Virus record (IMG/VR): IMGVR_UViG_3300020042_009544
Span: 1-34,151 of that record
DNA length: 34,151 nt
From: a virus
Lineage: Duplodnaviria > Caudoviricetes
Direction: 5' to 3' (one strand)
Under the pieces are notes generated by a model that had not been told where the DNA came from, made no database searches, and worked only from the letters and a program-made list of their open reading frames with translations. A program made the position numbers and the translations under genes. This document shows, piece after piece, positions 1-9,577 of the stretch; the stretch's first letter is position 1; every line of letters starts with the position of its first letter.

Positions 1-2
1 AA

Positions 3-2138
3 GTAAATAACCCTGGACCTCAAGGACCAGTAGGACCACAAGGTGTAGCAGGACCATCAGAACCATTTGCTAACATAGGAGGAGGCGTTTATGCTACTAC
101 CTCTAGCTTACAAGTATCAGGATCATTTTTAGTATCTGGATCTTCTACTTTTACAAACATAGGCCCAGCGATATTCTCAGGTAGTGCAATTATAACAGGA
201 GCTACTACAATGTCATCTGCTATTGTATCAGGAGATGTAACAGTATTAGGTACTGCTTCTATCAATGTATTACAGATTAATACAACAATTAATTCAACAG
301 GTTCTAATACATTAGGAGATAGTGCTAATGATACTCAAACTTTGTTTGGTAGTGTAATTATACCTACTGGTAGTTTAACTGTAACAGGTTCAACTGTTAT
401 TAGTAGTTCTGCTAGTACTCAATTATTAGTTGGTACTAGTTCATTATTTGTTAGTAGTAGTGGTAATGTTGGTATTGGAACAACTAGTTCTACAAAAGCA
501 TTAACAGTTCAAGCTAATTCTAATGATGAAGGTATTTTATTACGAAGCTCAACAGGAAATACATTATTCCAAGTAACAAGAGATGGAGCTTCTAACAATA
601 CTGCAGAAATGTTTTTATATTCAGGAGGCGCTATTCGTTTAGCTATTAGATCTACTTCTAATTTTAGTTATTTTAATGGTGGTAATTTCGGTTTTGGCAC
701 ATCAACTGATTTAAGTGCAAGATTAGGTATTAGAGGCTCAGGTGCTACAAGTGCTACAACAGCACTACAAGTAGAAAACACAAACGCAAGTGCAAGTTTA
801 GTAGTATTAGATAATGGGGCAGTAGGTATTGGAACAACATCACCATCATCTTCAATCTTATTAGATGTATCTGGCTCAATAAGATCATTTAATATTCTCC
901 CAGCATCAACTGGTAATTGGGATATAGGTGTAAGTGCAAATAGATTTAGAAACGGATGGTTTAATGGAGTACTTGTAGCAGTTAGTACGTATACAAATAA
1001 TTTATTTTTTGGTGTAACGAACTTAGGAATATATAATTCAACAGGTACTCAAATTGCACAAATGTTTGGCACAGGAGATCTTGTTCTCCAAAGTGGAGGA
1101 ACATTTACAAATAATAACTACCGACTACAAGTAAACGCTACTGGTTCAACCAACTCTGGTTCATTATTCTTAGGAGGTACTACTATAGCTACTAGCTCTA
1201 TAGCTAGAACAATGTTAATTAGCTCTTCATTAAGCGCATCTGCTAATAACGATGTGTTAGTGGGGTTAGAAATTAATCCAACTTTTACAAATGGTGCTTT
1301 TACAGGTGTTAAAAATAATTGGATTAATTTAGTAGGTAATGCCTCTGTCAATTTCACGAATCAAGTGTACTTAAAAAGAGGAGATGTTGATGTTTTATTT
1401 GCATCATCGGCAGAAACACAACTGAAAACAGTATCATCTTTAGCGCCATTAAAATTCTTTGTTGGAAGCACTTCACAATACGCACAATTCTTTGCAACAA
1501 CAGGAAACCTTACACTCCAAAACGGAGGAACATTTACAGATAACGGATATCGTTTACAAATAGATGCATCTGGATCATCCAATTCAAGTTTACCATTAGC
1601 TTTAACTTCTGTTGATGCTAATAATAGAGTAGGTATCTTATTTGCCTCCTCAAGCATATCCTCAGGAAGACAACATAGATTGTTACATAGAGTAAATACA
1701 CCTAATGTTGAATGGTTGTTAGGTACTATTGCTGGAGAAACTGCTACATGGAGATTTCTACCCCAAGACAACACCAACTACGCTATAAACATTCTAACTC
1801 CATATAATGGAGGAACAGCATACATAACTACAGGACTTAGTCAATCATTATTTTCATTAGGAGCAGGTTCAACAACAGCACAACATATTAACATAAGTTC
1901 AAGTGGTAATGTCGGTATTAGAACGGCTACTCCTGCCTTTACTCTAGATGTAAGTGGATCGGGTAGATTTACAAATAACTTAACAATAACAGGAAGTGTA
2001 ACTATATCAAACATATTAACACTTACCCCACAATCACCACTTCCATCTGGAGTAGCAACAGGATCATTTGCTGTATCATCAAGTGTACCTCCAAAACCAT
2101 ATTTTTATGATGGTACTATATGGAATGCTCTATATTAA
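3..2138 (+). CDS. Tail fibre / virion appendage protein, 5'-truncated by the window edge
   Basis: The frame of ORF 210..2138 is open back to position 3 (VNNPGPQGPVGPQGVAGPSEPF..., a short collagen-like G-X-Y run). Ser/Thr/Gly-rich, with repeated GNVGIGT/GAVGIGT/GNVGIRT and LDVSGS motifs typical of phage fibres. Lies upstream of the neck genes. Confidence 0.75.
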   Translation, partial: VNNPGPQGPVGPQGVAGPSEPFANIGGGVYATTSSLQVSGSFLVSGSSTFTNIGPAIFSGSAIITGATTMSSAIVSGDVTVLGTASINVLQINTTINSTGSNTLGDSANDTQTLFGSVIIPTGSLTVTGSTVISSSASTQLLVGTSSLFVSSSGNVGIGTTSSTKALTVQANSNDEGILLRSSTGNTLFQVTRDGASNNTAEMFLYSGGAIRLAIRSTSNFSYFNGGNFGFGTSTDLSARLGIRGSGATSATTALQVENTNASASLVVLDNGAVGIGTTSPSSSILLDVSGSIRSFNILPASTGNWDIGVSANRFRNGWFNGVLVAVSTYTNNLFFGVTNLGIYNSTGTQIAQMFGTGDLVLQSGGTFTNNNYRLQVNATGSTNSGSLFLGGTTIATSSIARTMLISSSLSASANNDVLVGLEINPTFTNGAFTGVKNNWINLVGNASVNFTNQVYLKRGDVDVLFASSAETQLKTVSSLAPLKFFVGSTSQYAQFFATTGNLTLQNGGTFTDNGYRLQIDASGSSNSSLPLALTSVDANNRVGILFASSSISSGRQHRLLHRVNTPNVEWLLGTIAGETATWRFLPQDNTNYAINILTPYNGGTAYITTGLSQSLFSLGAGSTTAQHINISSSGNVGIRTATPAFTLDVSGSGRFTNNLTITGSVTISNILTLTPQSPLPSGVATGSFAVSSSVPPKPYFYDGTIWNALY

Positions 2139-2146
2139 TATTTATA
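2138..2146 (+). promoter_or_regulatory. Putative late promoter motif ATATTTATA
   Basis: One of 11 intergenic copies; overlaps the last base of the upstream TAA and ends 14 nt before ATG 2161. Confidence 0.7.
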
Positions 2147-2160
2147 ACAAAATCTAACAC

Positions 2161-3315
2161 ATGAATATTCCTATATATCCTGGTTCTAGTTCATTTATCC
2201 CTGGAGCAACTCCATTTGGATTCTATGACTATGACTACCAATTTCAAATCGATGCTGATAAAGTAACTACATTTGTTGCTCGTCGATTAGGATATCCTAT
2301 TATGGAAGTTGAATTACAAGATTTAAACTTCTATGCTGCTTTTGAAGAAGCAGTTACTACATATGGTAATGAACTCTACGCTTATCAAGTGCGAGATAAT
2401 ATGTTATCACTAGAGGGTGCACCTACGTCTTCAAATTTAAATAACACGCTTATTACGCCCAATATGGGCAATATAGTACGCCTTTCACAACAATATGCTT
2501 CAGAAGCAGGTGCAGGTGGAAATATAACTTATTATAGTGGAGCATTAGCTTTAACTTCAAGTGTACAAGAATATGACTTAGCAGCATGGGCTACTAATAA
2601 TAACATTACTGGTGGAATAGAAATCAAAACTGTATTCTATCAAAGCCTACCAGCCGTAAGCCAAATGTACGCTCCATTTGGAGGATTTGCAGGACTAGGA
2701 GGAGTACCAGCAGCTGGTTTATATGGAGGAATGTATGGTGGTGGATATGGAGGTGGATACTTAATGATGCCTGTGGCTTATGATGCCGCTGTAGTACAAG
2801 GTATAGAATTAAGTAATACAATTCGCTTATCTGCTTACACATTTAACATTGTAAACAATAAAATAAAAGTATTCCCAATACCGTCAGACAGTGATGTTAG
2901 AGATGGATTTTTATTCTTTGAATACATTAAAGTACAAGAAAGATTAACAAACGGATTAATAACACCAGGTGGTATTACAAATCCTTCTAATGCTCCATAT
3001 GGCAACCCCGTTTATACTCAAATTAATTCTGTTGGTAGACAATGGATATATGAATATTGTTTAGCATTATGTAAAGAAATGCTAGGATATGTTAGAGGTA
3101 AATACTCTACAGTTCCTATTCCTGATCAAACTCTAACATTAAACCAATCAGACTTACTATCAGCAGCTACCGCGGAAAAAACAGCTTTAATAGAAAGATT
3201 AAGATTATATTTTGATGAAACTTCTAAAAAAGCGTTATTAGAAAGACGTTCACAAGAGAGTGATTTTAGAAGACAAGAAATTAGTAATGTACCAATGGTA
3301 ATATACATAGGATAA
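2161..3315 (+). CDS. Neck / head-tail connector protein (T4 gp13-like)
   Basis: N-terminal RRLGYPIMEVEL and C-terminal WIYEYCLALCKEMLGYVRGKY...LN resemble gp13-family neck proteins; first of three coupled genes before the sheath. Confidence 0.7.
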   Translation: MNIPIYPGSSSFIPGATPFGFYDYDYQFQIDADKVTTFVARRLGYPIMEVELQDLNFYAAFEEAVTTYGNELYAYQVRDNMLSLEGAPTSSNLNNTLITPNMGNIVRLSQQYASEAGAGGNITYYSGALALTSSVQEYDLAAWATNNNITGGIEIKTVFYQSLPAVSQMYAPFGGFAGLGGVPAAGLYGGMYGGGYGGGYLMMPVAYDAAVVQGIELSNTIRLSAYTFNIVNNKIKVFPIPSDSDVRDGFLFFEYIKVQERLTNGLITPGGITNPSNAPYGNPVYTQINSVGRQWIYEYCLALCKEMLGYVRGKYSTVPIPDQTLTLNQSDLLSAATAEKTALIERLRLYFDETSKKALLERRSQESDFRRQEISNVPMVIYIG

Positions 3316-3824
3316 TGGCACTTTTTGGAGGCAGTAGAGACATTTCAATGTTTAGAAAAATCAACCGTGAGTTGATGGGAGATGTTATTACTCAACAAAT
3401 AGCATTTTACAAATATGTTTTAGATAAAACTAAAGTAAACATGTATGGAGAAGCATCAGGTGGTAAGTTTTTCGATGGTCCTGTATTATTAAATGCTTTA
3501 ATTACTGTAGGTGATAATACAAGTCCTACAAGTGAATTTGGTGTTGACTTTAACTGGAGTATTAAAGCGGCTTTCTTAAGAGATGATTTAGTAGATACTA
3601 ATGTCCATCCTGAAGTTGGAGATGTATTATTATACCAAGAATCATATTTTGAAATTGATAATACAAATATCAAACAATTCTTCGCAGGCAAAGACCCTGA
3701 CTACCCATACGCTCAAAACCCACTAAACCCAGGTCTAGAAAACTTTGGATATAATGTAAGTGTAATATGTGAGACCCATTACATACCAGCAGATCGTGTT
3801 AATATTATTAAACAAAGATTATAA
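3315..3824 (+). CDS. Neck / head completion protein (T4 gp14-like)
   Basis: NMYGE...FG...PEVGDVL..YFEI pattern; TAATG overlap with the upstream gene; synteny 13-14-15. Confidence 0.6.
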   Translation: MALFGGSRDISMFRKINRELMGDVITQQIAFYKYVLDKTKVNMYGEASGGKFFDGPVLLNALITVGDNTSPTSEFGVDFNWSIKAAFLRDDLVDTNVHPEVGDVLLYQESYFEIDNTNIKQFFAGKDPDYPYAQNPLNPGLENFGYNVSVICETHYIPADRVNIIKQRL

Positions 3825-4705
3825 TGGCTAACCAAAGAAAAGTAACACCTAAAACACAAAGAGAAATAAGTGAATCTTTACAAGAACCACTTACACCAGG
3901 TGGTCCTGGATTTTCTCCTACTGATAATCCTAATGATGCTAATCAACCTAATAGAGCACTACAAACATCTTTTAAAGATGATACTATAAAACCATTCTCA
4001 GTAGGTTTAGAAGATTTAGACTGGGCTGTGATGTATTACTTTCAAAATGTTATTAGGCCAACAGTTAAACAAAATGGAGAATTAATACCTGTACCTGTTA
4101 TCTATGGCTCACCTGAGAAATGGAAATCATTTCAAAAAGATGGATATTATAGAGATTTAAATGGTAGAATAATGGCTCCGTTATTAATGTTTAAAAGAAA
4201 TAGTATTGAAAAAAATAGAGGCTTAGCAAATAAACTAGATGCTAATCAACCTAATAATATAGCTGTAACTAATAAAAAATATAGTAAACAAAACGCCTAT
4301 AGTAAATTTAATATTCTTAATGGAATTAAACCAGAACAAACACTATACGCTACAGTTGTACCTGATTATATAACAGTAACATATGATTGTGCTGTATTTA
4401 CTTACTATAATGAACAACTAAATAAAATAATTGAGGCAGTTGAGTATGCTTCTGATGCATATTGGGGTGATCCTGAACGTTTTAAATTTAAAACAAATAT
4501 TGATTCATTCTCATCTACTGTAGAATTATCTGACAATGCTGAAAGAATAGTTAAAAGCACTTTTACTCTTAAAATGCATGGTTATATTATACCTGACACA
4601 ATACAAAAAGATACAACATTTGTAAGTAAATTTTCAAACAGAAACAAACTTGTAGTAACCTCAGAAACAGTAGCAGATATTAATAACTTACCAACTTCTT
4701 CGTAA
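3824..4705 (+). CDS. Tail sheath stabiliser / tail completion protein (T4 gp15-like)
   Basis: VPVIYGSPEKW motif and VPDYITVTY...EQLNKIIE segment; position before the sheath gene. Confidence 0.65.
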   Translation: MANQRKVTPKTQREISESLQEPLTPGGPGFSPTDNPNDANQPNRALQTSFKDDTIKPFSVGLEDLDWAVMYYFQNVIRPTVKQNGELIPVPVIYGSPEKWKSFQKDGYYRDLNGRIMAPLLMFKRNSIEKNRGLANKLDANQPNNIAVTNKKYSKQNAYSKFNILNGIKPEQTLYATVVPDYITVTYDCAVFTYYNEQLNKIIEAVEYASDAYWGDPERFKFKTNIDSFSSTVELSDNAERIVKSTFTLKMHGYIIPDTIQKDTTFVSKFSNRNKLVVTSETVADINNLPTSS

Positions 4706-4713
4706 TATTTATA
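4705..4713 (+). promoter_or_regulatory. Putative late promoter motif ATATTTATA
   Basis: Intergenic copy abutting the TAA at 4703-4705, upstream of ATG 4740. Confidence 0.7.
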
Positions 4714-4739
4714 ATAAACAATAGCAAAAAATAAATTTT

Positions 4740-4991
4740 ATGGAAAACAAAGTTTTAACACAAGAAGAAATTCAATCTTTAAAGACAATTCAAACTAATC
4801 AATCTAACTTAGTTCAAGCATTAGGAACAGTAGAGTATCGTATCCAACTTTTAGAATTAGATAAGCAAGCTCTTAAGTCACAACTTCAAAAACAAGTTGA
4901 AGAAGAAACTAAAATAGCTAAAGAACTTCAAGAAAAATACGGTGATGGAAATATTGATTTAGAAAAAGGAGAGTTTATCCCGGTTTCATGA
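4740..4991 (+). CDS. Small coiled-coil hypothetical protein
   Basis: 83 aa, Q/E/K/L-rich helical pattern, ends KYGDGNIDLEKGEF; has its own motif copy and an A-rich start. Confidence 0.7.
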   Translation: MENKVLTQEEIQSLKTIQTNQSNLVQALGTVEYRIQLLELDKQALKSQLQKQVEEETKIAKELQEKYGDGNIDLEKGEFIPVS

Positions 4992-5008
4992 TTTTGACGT
5001 TTTTTAAG

Positions 5009-5017
5009 ATATTTATA
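5009..5017 (+). promoter_or_regulatory. Putative late promoter motif ATATTTATA
   Basis: Intergenic copy upstream of sheath ATG 5042. Confidence 0.7.
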
Positions 5018-5041
5018 ATAAAATTAATACACAAATAAAAC

Positions 5042-6766
5042 ATGGCAGAAACTCTAATATCACCAGGCGTATTAGCAAGAGAAAATGATACTTCATTTGT
5101 TTCTCGAGGTCCTGTAACTGTTGGTGCCGCTATTATAGGCCCAACCGTGAAAGGACCTGTAGAGATACCTACAGTAGTTACTTCTTATTCTCAATACCAA
5201 CAAATTTTTGGTACTACATTATCAAGTGGTAGCCCAGCCCAAACTTATACTTACTTTACCTCTATAGCAGCTTATAACTACTTCCAAAACGGAGGTATTT
5301 CATTATTAGTTGCTCGTGTAGTAACAGGATCTTACACCCCAGCTTCAAGTAGTGCTATTGTAAGTGCAAGTGGTGCAACAACCCCAGTATTTGTTTTAGA
5401 AACTATTTCTGAAGGTACTGTAATGAACAGCTCAGGATCTGAAGATTCAACTGGAGCTTTAACTAATGGCATGGCAGATAATGTTAGATGGCAAATTGTT
5501 AACTCAAATACTTCTTCTGGTACATTCGATTTATTGGTTCGTCAAGGTAATGATAATAATTTAGAACAAACAGTATTAGAAACATGGACTAACTTATCAT
5601 TAGACCCATTTGCTTCTACGTATGTAGCTAAAGTAATTGGAGACCAAAAATACACTTTAAGAACAGATAGTGGAACTAGTACCAAATACTTACAATTAAC
5701 TGGTAGTTTCCCTAACAACTCAGCTTATGTAAGAGTTAAGTCAGTTAATTTAACTACACCTAACTATTTTAACAATGCTGGTAACCCAAACCCATTATTT
5801 ACAGGTTCATTACCAATTAATACAAGTGGGTCATTTGGTGGGGCATCTGGTGCTATAAAAGCAGGTGCTAAATTCTATGATCAAATTGGAAGTACTGATA
5901 CTCAAGGTTTAACAGCAGGTAATTATGATAACATGATTGCTTTATTAGCAAACCAAGATGATTATAAGTATAATGTAATATTAACACCTGGTCTGTACAA
6001 TACTGACTACTCTTCTCCAATGACTAGTATTATATCAAATACCCAAAATCGTGGAGATGCTATTTATGTAACAGATATGGTTGCTTATGGAGCAGGAAGT
6101 GTTACTACAGTAACTGCCCAAGCTGCTGCTAGAAATACTTCATACGCTGCTACTTATTGGCCATGGTGCCAAGTGCAAGACCCAGACTCAGGACAAAATG
6201 TTTGGGTGCCAGCTTCAACAGTAATTGCTGGGGTATATGCTTACAACGATAGTGTTTCTGAGCCATGGTTCGCACCAGCAGGTATAAACAGAGGTGGATT
6301 ATCTCAAGTAATTAGAGCTGAAAGACGTTTACCACAAGGTGATAGAGATACTTTATATAACGGAAAAATAAACCCAATTGCTACATTCCCAGGAACTGGA
6401 GTGGTAGTATACGGACAGAAAACATTACAAACTAGAGCAAGTGCTTTAGATCGTGTAAATGTTCGTCGCTTGTTAATTGCTCTTAAGAACTACATTTCTC
6501 AAGTTGCTAACAACTTAGTATTTGAACAAAATACAGCAGCTACAAGAAATAACTTCTTAGCACAAGTTAACCCATACTTAGAATCAGTTCAACAAAGACA
6601 AGGTTTGTATGCATTCCGAGTAATAATGGATGATACTAATAATACTCCAACAGTAATTGATCAAAATCAAATGGTAGGACAAATTTATTTACAACCTACA
6701 AAAACTGCTGAATTTATTTACTTAGACTTCAATATTACACCAACTGGAGCTACTTTCCCAGCATAA
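5042..6766 (+). CDS. Contractile tail sheath protein
   Basis: SPGV..RE.D N-terminus, GPTVKGP, YWPW, PWFAPAGINRG, INPI..FPG.G..VYGQKTL, RVNVRRL, FEQN, PTKTAEFI: canonical sheath motifs. Confidence 0.97.
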   Translation: MAETLISPGVLARENDTSFVSRGPVTVGAAIIGPTVKGPVEIPTVVTSYSQYQQIFGTTLSSGSPAQTYTYFTSIAAYNYFQNGGISLLVARVVTGSYTPASSSAIVSASGATTPVFVLETISEGTVMNSSGSEDSTGALTNGMADNVRWQIVNSNTSSGTFDLLVRQGNDNNLEQTVLETWTNLSLDPFASTYVAKVIGDQKYTLRTDSGTSTKYLQLTGSFPNNSAYVRVKSVNLTTPNYFNNAGNPNPLFTGSLPINTSGSFGGASGAIKAGAKFYDQIGSTDTQGLTAGNYDNMIALLANQDDYKYNVILTPGLYNTDYSSPMTSIISNTQNRGDAIYVTDMVAYGAGSVTTVTAQAAARNTSYAATYWPWCQVQDPDSGQNVWVPASTVIAGVYAYNDSVSEPWFAPAGINRGGLSQVIRAERRLPQGDRDTLYNGKINPIATFPGTGVVVYGQKTLQTRASALDRVNVRRLLIALKNYISQVANNLVFEQNTAATRNNFLAQVNPYLESVQQRQGLYAFRVIMDDTNNTPTVIDQNQMVGQIYLQPTKTAEFIYLDFNITPTGATFPA

Positions 6767-6781
6767 GGATTAATTATATAG

Positions 6782-6790
6782 ATATTTATA
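6782..6790 (+). promoter_or_regulatory. Putative late promoter motif ATATTTATA
   Basis: Intergenic copy 14 nt before tube ATG 6805. Confidence 0.7.
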
Positions 6791-6804
6791 ATAAATAAAA
6801 AGAC

Positions 6805-7293
6805 ATGGCAATATTAGACGCAAACGAAATATTTTTCACAGCATTTGAACCTAAACAAGCTAACCGATTCATCCTTTATATGGATGGAGTACCTAGCTAT
6901 ATAGTGAAGGGAGTAAACGCAATTACTGTAACTCAAGGTGAAGTACCTTTAAACCACATTAACGTACAACGTAAAGTTAAAGGTAAAACAGTATGGGGTG
7001 ATGTTCAAATGACATTATTTGACCCAATCACACCTTCTGGAGCCCAATCAGTAATGGAATGGGTACGTTTACACCATGAATCAGTAACAGGTAGAGATGG
7101 ATATTCTGACTTCTATAAAAAGGACTTAGTATTAGACGTTTTAGGACCTGTTGGAGACGTAGTAAGTGAATGGATTCTTAAAGGTGCATTTATAAAAGAC
7201 GCTAACTTTGGTGATTATAACTGGGATACTACCGATACCGCTGTAAACATCACAATGACTGTAGCTGTCGATTACTGCATATTGAACTTCTAA
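6805..7293 (+). CDS. Tail tube protein (T4 gp19-like)
   Basis: 162 aa directly after the sheath; NRF, W..V.MT..D, MEW, YKKD, W.LKGAF motifs. Confidence 0.9.
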   Translation: MAILDANEIFFTAFEPKQANRFILYMDGVPSYIVKGVNAITVTQGEVPLNHINVQRKVKGKTVWGDVQMTLFDPITPSGAQSVMEWVRLHHESVTGRDGYSDFYKKDLVLDVLGPVGDVVSEWILKGAFIKDANFGDYNWDTTDTAVNITMTVAVDYCILNF

Positions 7294-7310
7294 TATCACT
7301 ACTTAATAAT

Positions 7311-7344
7311 AAAAAGAGCTCGCTTTTAGCGAGCTTTCTTTTTT
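7311..7344 (+). terminator. Rho-independent terminator, possibly bidirectional
   Basis: A-run, stem AGCTCGCT (7317-7324), loop TTT, stem AGCGAGCT (7328-7335), then TTCTTTTTT, just after the tube gene. Confidence 0.9.
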
Positions 7345-7346
7345 CA

Positions 7347-7355
7347 ATATTTATA
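7347..7355 (+). promoter_or_regulatory. Putative late promoter motif ATATTTATA
   Basis: Directly after the terminator and 10 nt before ATG 7366, as expected for re-initiation. Confidence 0.75.
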
Positions 7356-7365
7356 ATAAAATAGT

Positions 7366-9522
7366 ATGAATCTATTAGAACGACTACAACAAGGGCAAAC
7401 ATTATTAAGTGCAGGAAGTTTTCCTAACGATGCCCCTATTAATGATCCTCAATCTGGGTTTATTCAAAGTAATTTACCAAATTCTACTTATGAAGATGAA
7501 ACTATAGGCCAACCTAATAATGGAAGCATATTAATAAATACATTAGACAATACAGCCTTAGATATAACAAATTTTAACCAAAGTAGTAATATTGATGCTC
7601 CAACATATGATTGGGTAACTAATTATCCTCCATTAGTTAGTGGAGAGTTTAATGGTGCCCCATCCTTATATGAACTGACTTACACCGCTAATAATACTTA
7701 TTTAGATAATATTCCTATTCAAACTGAAAATAGTCCTCAATTACCAACATTATCTAGTAGCTCATTAGATAATACTGGTAGTAATGCTTCTACAACAATA
7801 GTACCTGATAGTATATCTTATCCTAACAATTACCCAACTATAACTGATGTATATTTAGGAGAATTTAGAGGGGCTCCGTCACCATATGAAACAATATACA
7901 ACCCAGACAATACTTATTTAGTTGATGTGCCTATCCAGACTCCAAATAGTCCTCAAATTCCTACTTTAGATCAAACATCATTAGATAATGCAGATACTGG
8001 AAATGTAAGCACTACAAACCCAGTTCCTAATGCTAATACTTTTCCAAATAACTACCCAACCCCTACTCCTCAAATAGGAATGGGAAAATTTGGACTCCAA
8101 CCTAATCAATATACTACTATTTGGGCTCCAAACAATAAGTACTATAGTCAGTTTAACTATAATAATATAATAACTAATTCAAGTAATCCTTTAATTAATT
8201 ATATGAATTTAACTGGGTTAACTTTAGACCCTAATAGTTTTGCTTCATTTATCCAAACATATCCTTTTAATCAAACATATTTAGGTAGTCCTGGATTCCC
8301 ACCATTTGTTACAGGTCAATTTAATGGATCTCCATCTATATTTCAAGGTATATATGATACTGGAAATACTTATCTAAATACTGTCCCTATCCAATCAGAA
8401 AATAGCCCCCAAACTGATACATTTTTTAGAACTGGATTAGATAATACTAATGCTTTTGCTGATGCAACAACATTTATACCTAATAGTAACAGTGTCCCTA
8501 ATAACTACCCAGAAATAGAAAGTGTAAATTTAGGGTCATTTAATGGAGCTCCAAATGACTACCAATCAATATATAACGCAAACAATACTTATTTAAGTAA
8601 TATACCAGTACAGGATCCTAATAGTACTCAAATTAATACACTATCTAGTACAGGGTTAGACAATACTAATACTAATTCTAATCCTACAACAATAGTACCT
8701 GATAGTATAGCATACCCCAACATCTACCCAGCATTAACCAGTGGAGAATTTAACGGTGCTTCATCACAATACACATCGCCATATAACTCTGAAAACCCGT
8801 ATTTAAACTCAATACCTATTCAAGATCCTAATAGTCCACAAATACCTACACTAGGAGAAACAGGGCTAGATCTAGATAATTCTGAATACTCCCCAACAGC
8901 AATACAACCAAGTAATATAGCATACCCTAACAACTACCCAGCTATAGAAGGAGTAAATCTAGGTGGGTTTGGAGGACCAGAACAGTATGATACAAACTGG
9001 AATCAAGATAATACTTATTTCAATAATTTTAATCCTGACTCAGACAATAGTATTCAACTTGCTTTTACTGGGTCTAATTTAGACAATACAAGTACAGCAA
9101 TATCTACATTAAGCCATGTAACCCCACCACTTAGTATTTATAAGCCAAACAACTACCCTATAATCCCTCATGTTTATCTAGGTGAATTTAATAGTGGCCC
9201 ATCACAATATATCACCCCATACACCCCATCAAGTTCTTATTTAGAACAATATGATGAGTTAAAAAACGAAACTACGAATCCACAAATCAACACATTAGAT
9301 GAAACTGGGTTAGACGTTGAAAACTCAGATGCTTTATCTACATCCTTATTGTTTGCACCTACTAATCCAGATAATATAACTACATATCCTGTAATAACTG
9401 GGATTAATCTAGGGGTAACAGGTAGTGGAGCTCAAGGATTTAACCAAGTATATAAACCTTCAAACACATACTGGGATAATTATTTAACTAATCGCTTACT
9501 TTTTGATACTTTAACTGTATAA
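7366..9522 (+). CDS. Uncharacterised acidic Asn/Pro/Thr/Ser/Tyr-rich protein with about nine ~72-aa tandem repeats
   Basis: Recurring unit GLDNT...YPNNYP...GEFNGAPS.Y...Y...NTYL..IPIQ..NSPQI.TL; no Cys, very few Lys/Arg. Confidence 0.85.
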   Translation: MNLLERLQQGQTLLSAGSFPNDAPINDPQSGFIQSNLPNSTYEDETIGQPNNGSILINTLDNTALDITNFNQSSNIDAPTYDWVTNYPPLVSGEFNGAPSLYELTYTANNTYLDNIPIQTENSPQLPTLSSSSLDNTGSNASTTIVPDSISYPNNYPTITDVYLGEFRGAPSPYETIYNPDNTYLVDVPIQTPNSPQIPTLDQTSLDNADTGNVSTTNPVPNANTFPNNYPTPTPQIGMGKFGLQPNQYTTIWAPNNKYYSQFNYNNIITNSSNPLINYMNLTGLTLDPNSFASFIQTYPFNQTYLGSPGFPPFVTGQFNGSPSIFQGIYDTGNTYLNTVPIQSENSPQTDTFFRTGLDNTNAFADATTFIPNSNSVPNNYPEIESVNLGSFNGAPNDYQSIYNANNTYLSNIPVQDPNSTQINTLSSTGLDNTNTNSNPTTIVPDSIAYPNIYPALTSGEFNGASSQYTSPYNSENPYLNSIPIQDPNSPQIPTLGETGLDLDNSEYSPTAIQPSNIAYPNNYPAIEGVNLGGFGGPEQYDTNWNQDNTYFNNFNPDSDNSIQLAFTGSNLDNTSTAISTLSHVTPPLSIYKPNNYPIIPHVYLGEFNSGPSQYITPYTPSSSYLEQYDELKNETTNPQINTLDETGLDVENSDALSTSLLFAPTNPDNITTYPVITGINLGVTGSGAQGFNQVYKPSNTYWDNYLTNRLLFDTLTV

Positions 9523-9537
9523 AAACAAATTTTGTAT

Positions 9538-9546
9538 ATATTTATA
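9538..9546 (+). promoter_or_regulatory. Putative late promoter motif ATATTTATA
   Basis: Intergenic copy upstream of ATG 9578. Confidence 0.7.
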
Positions 9547-9577
9547 TAAGACATTAAAGTTATAACAAATAAAAGAT

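Noticed and set aside
2677-2770. Gly/Tyr/Met-rich low-complexity stretch in the neck protein
   Set aside because: Most simply a flexible loop; nothing supports a separate function.
4994-5019. TTGACG...TATAAT sigma70 promoter before the sheath gene
   Set aside because: The spacer is only 14 nt; the TATAAT is better explained as the tail of the ATATTTATA motif.
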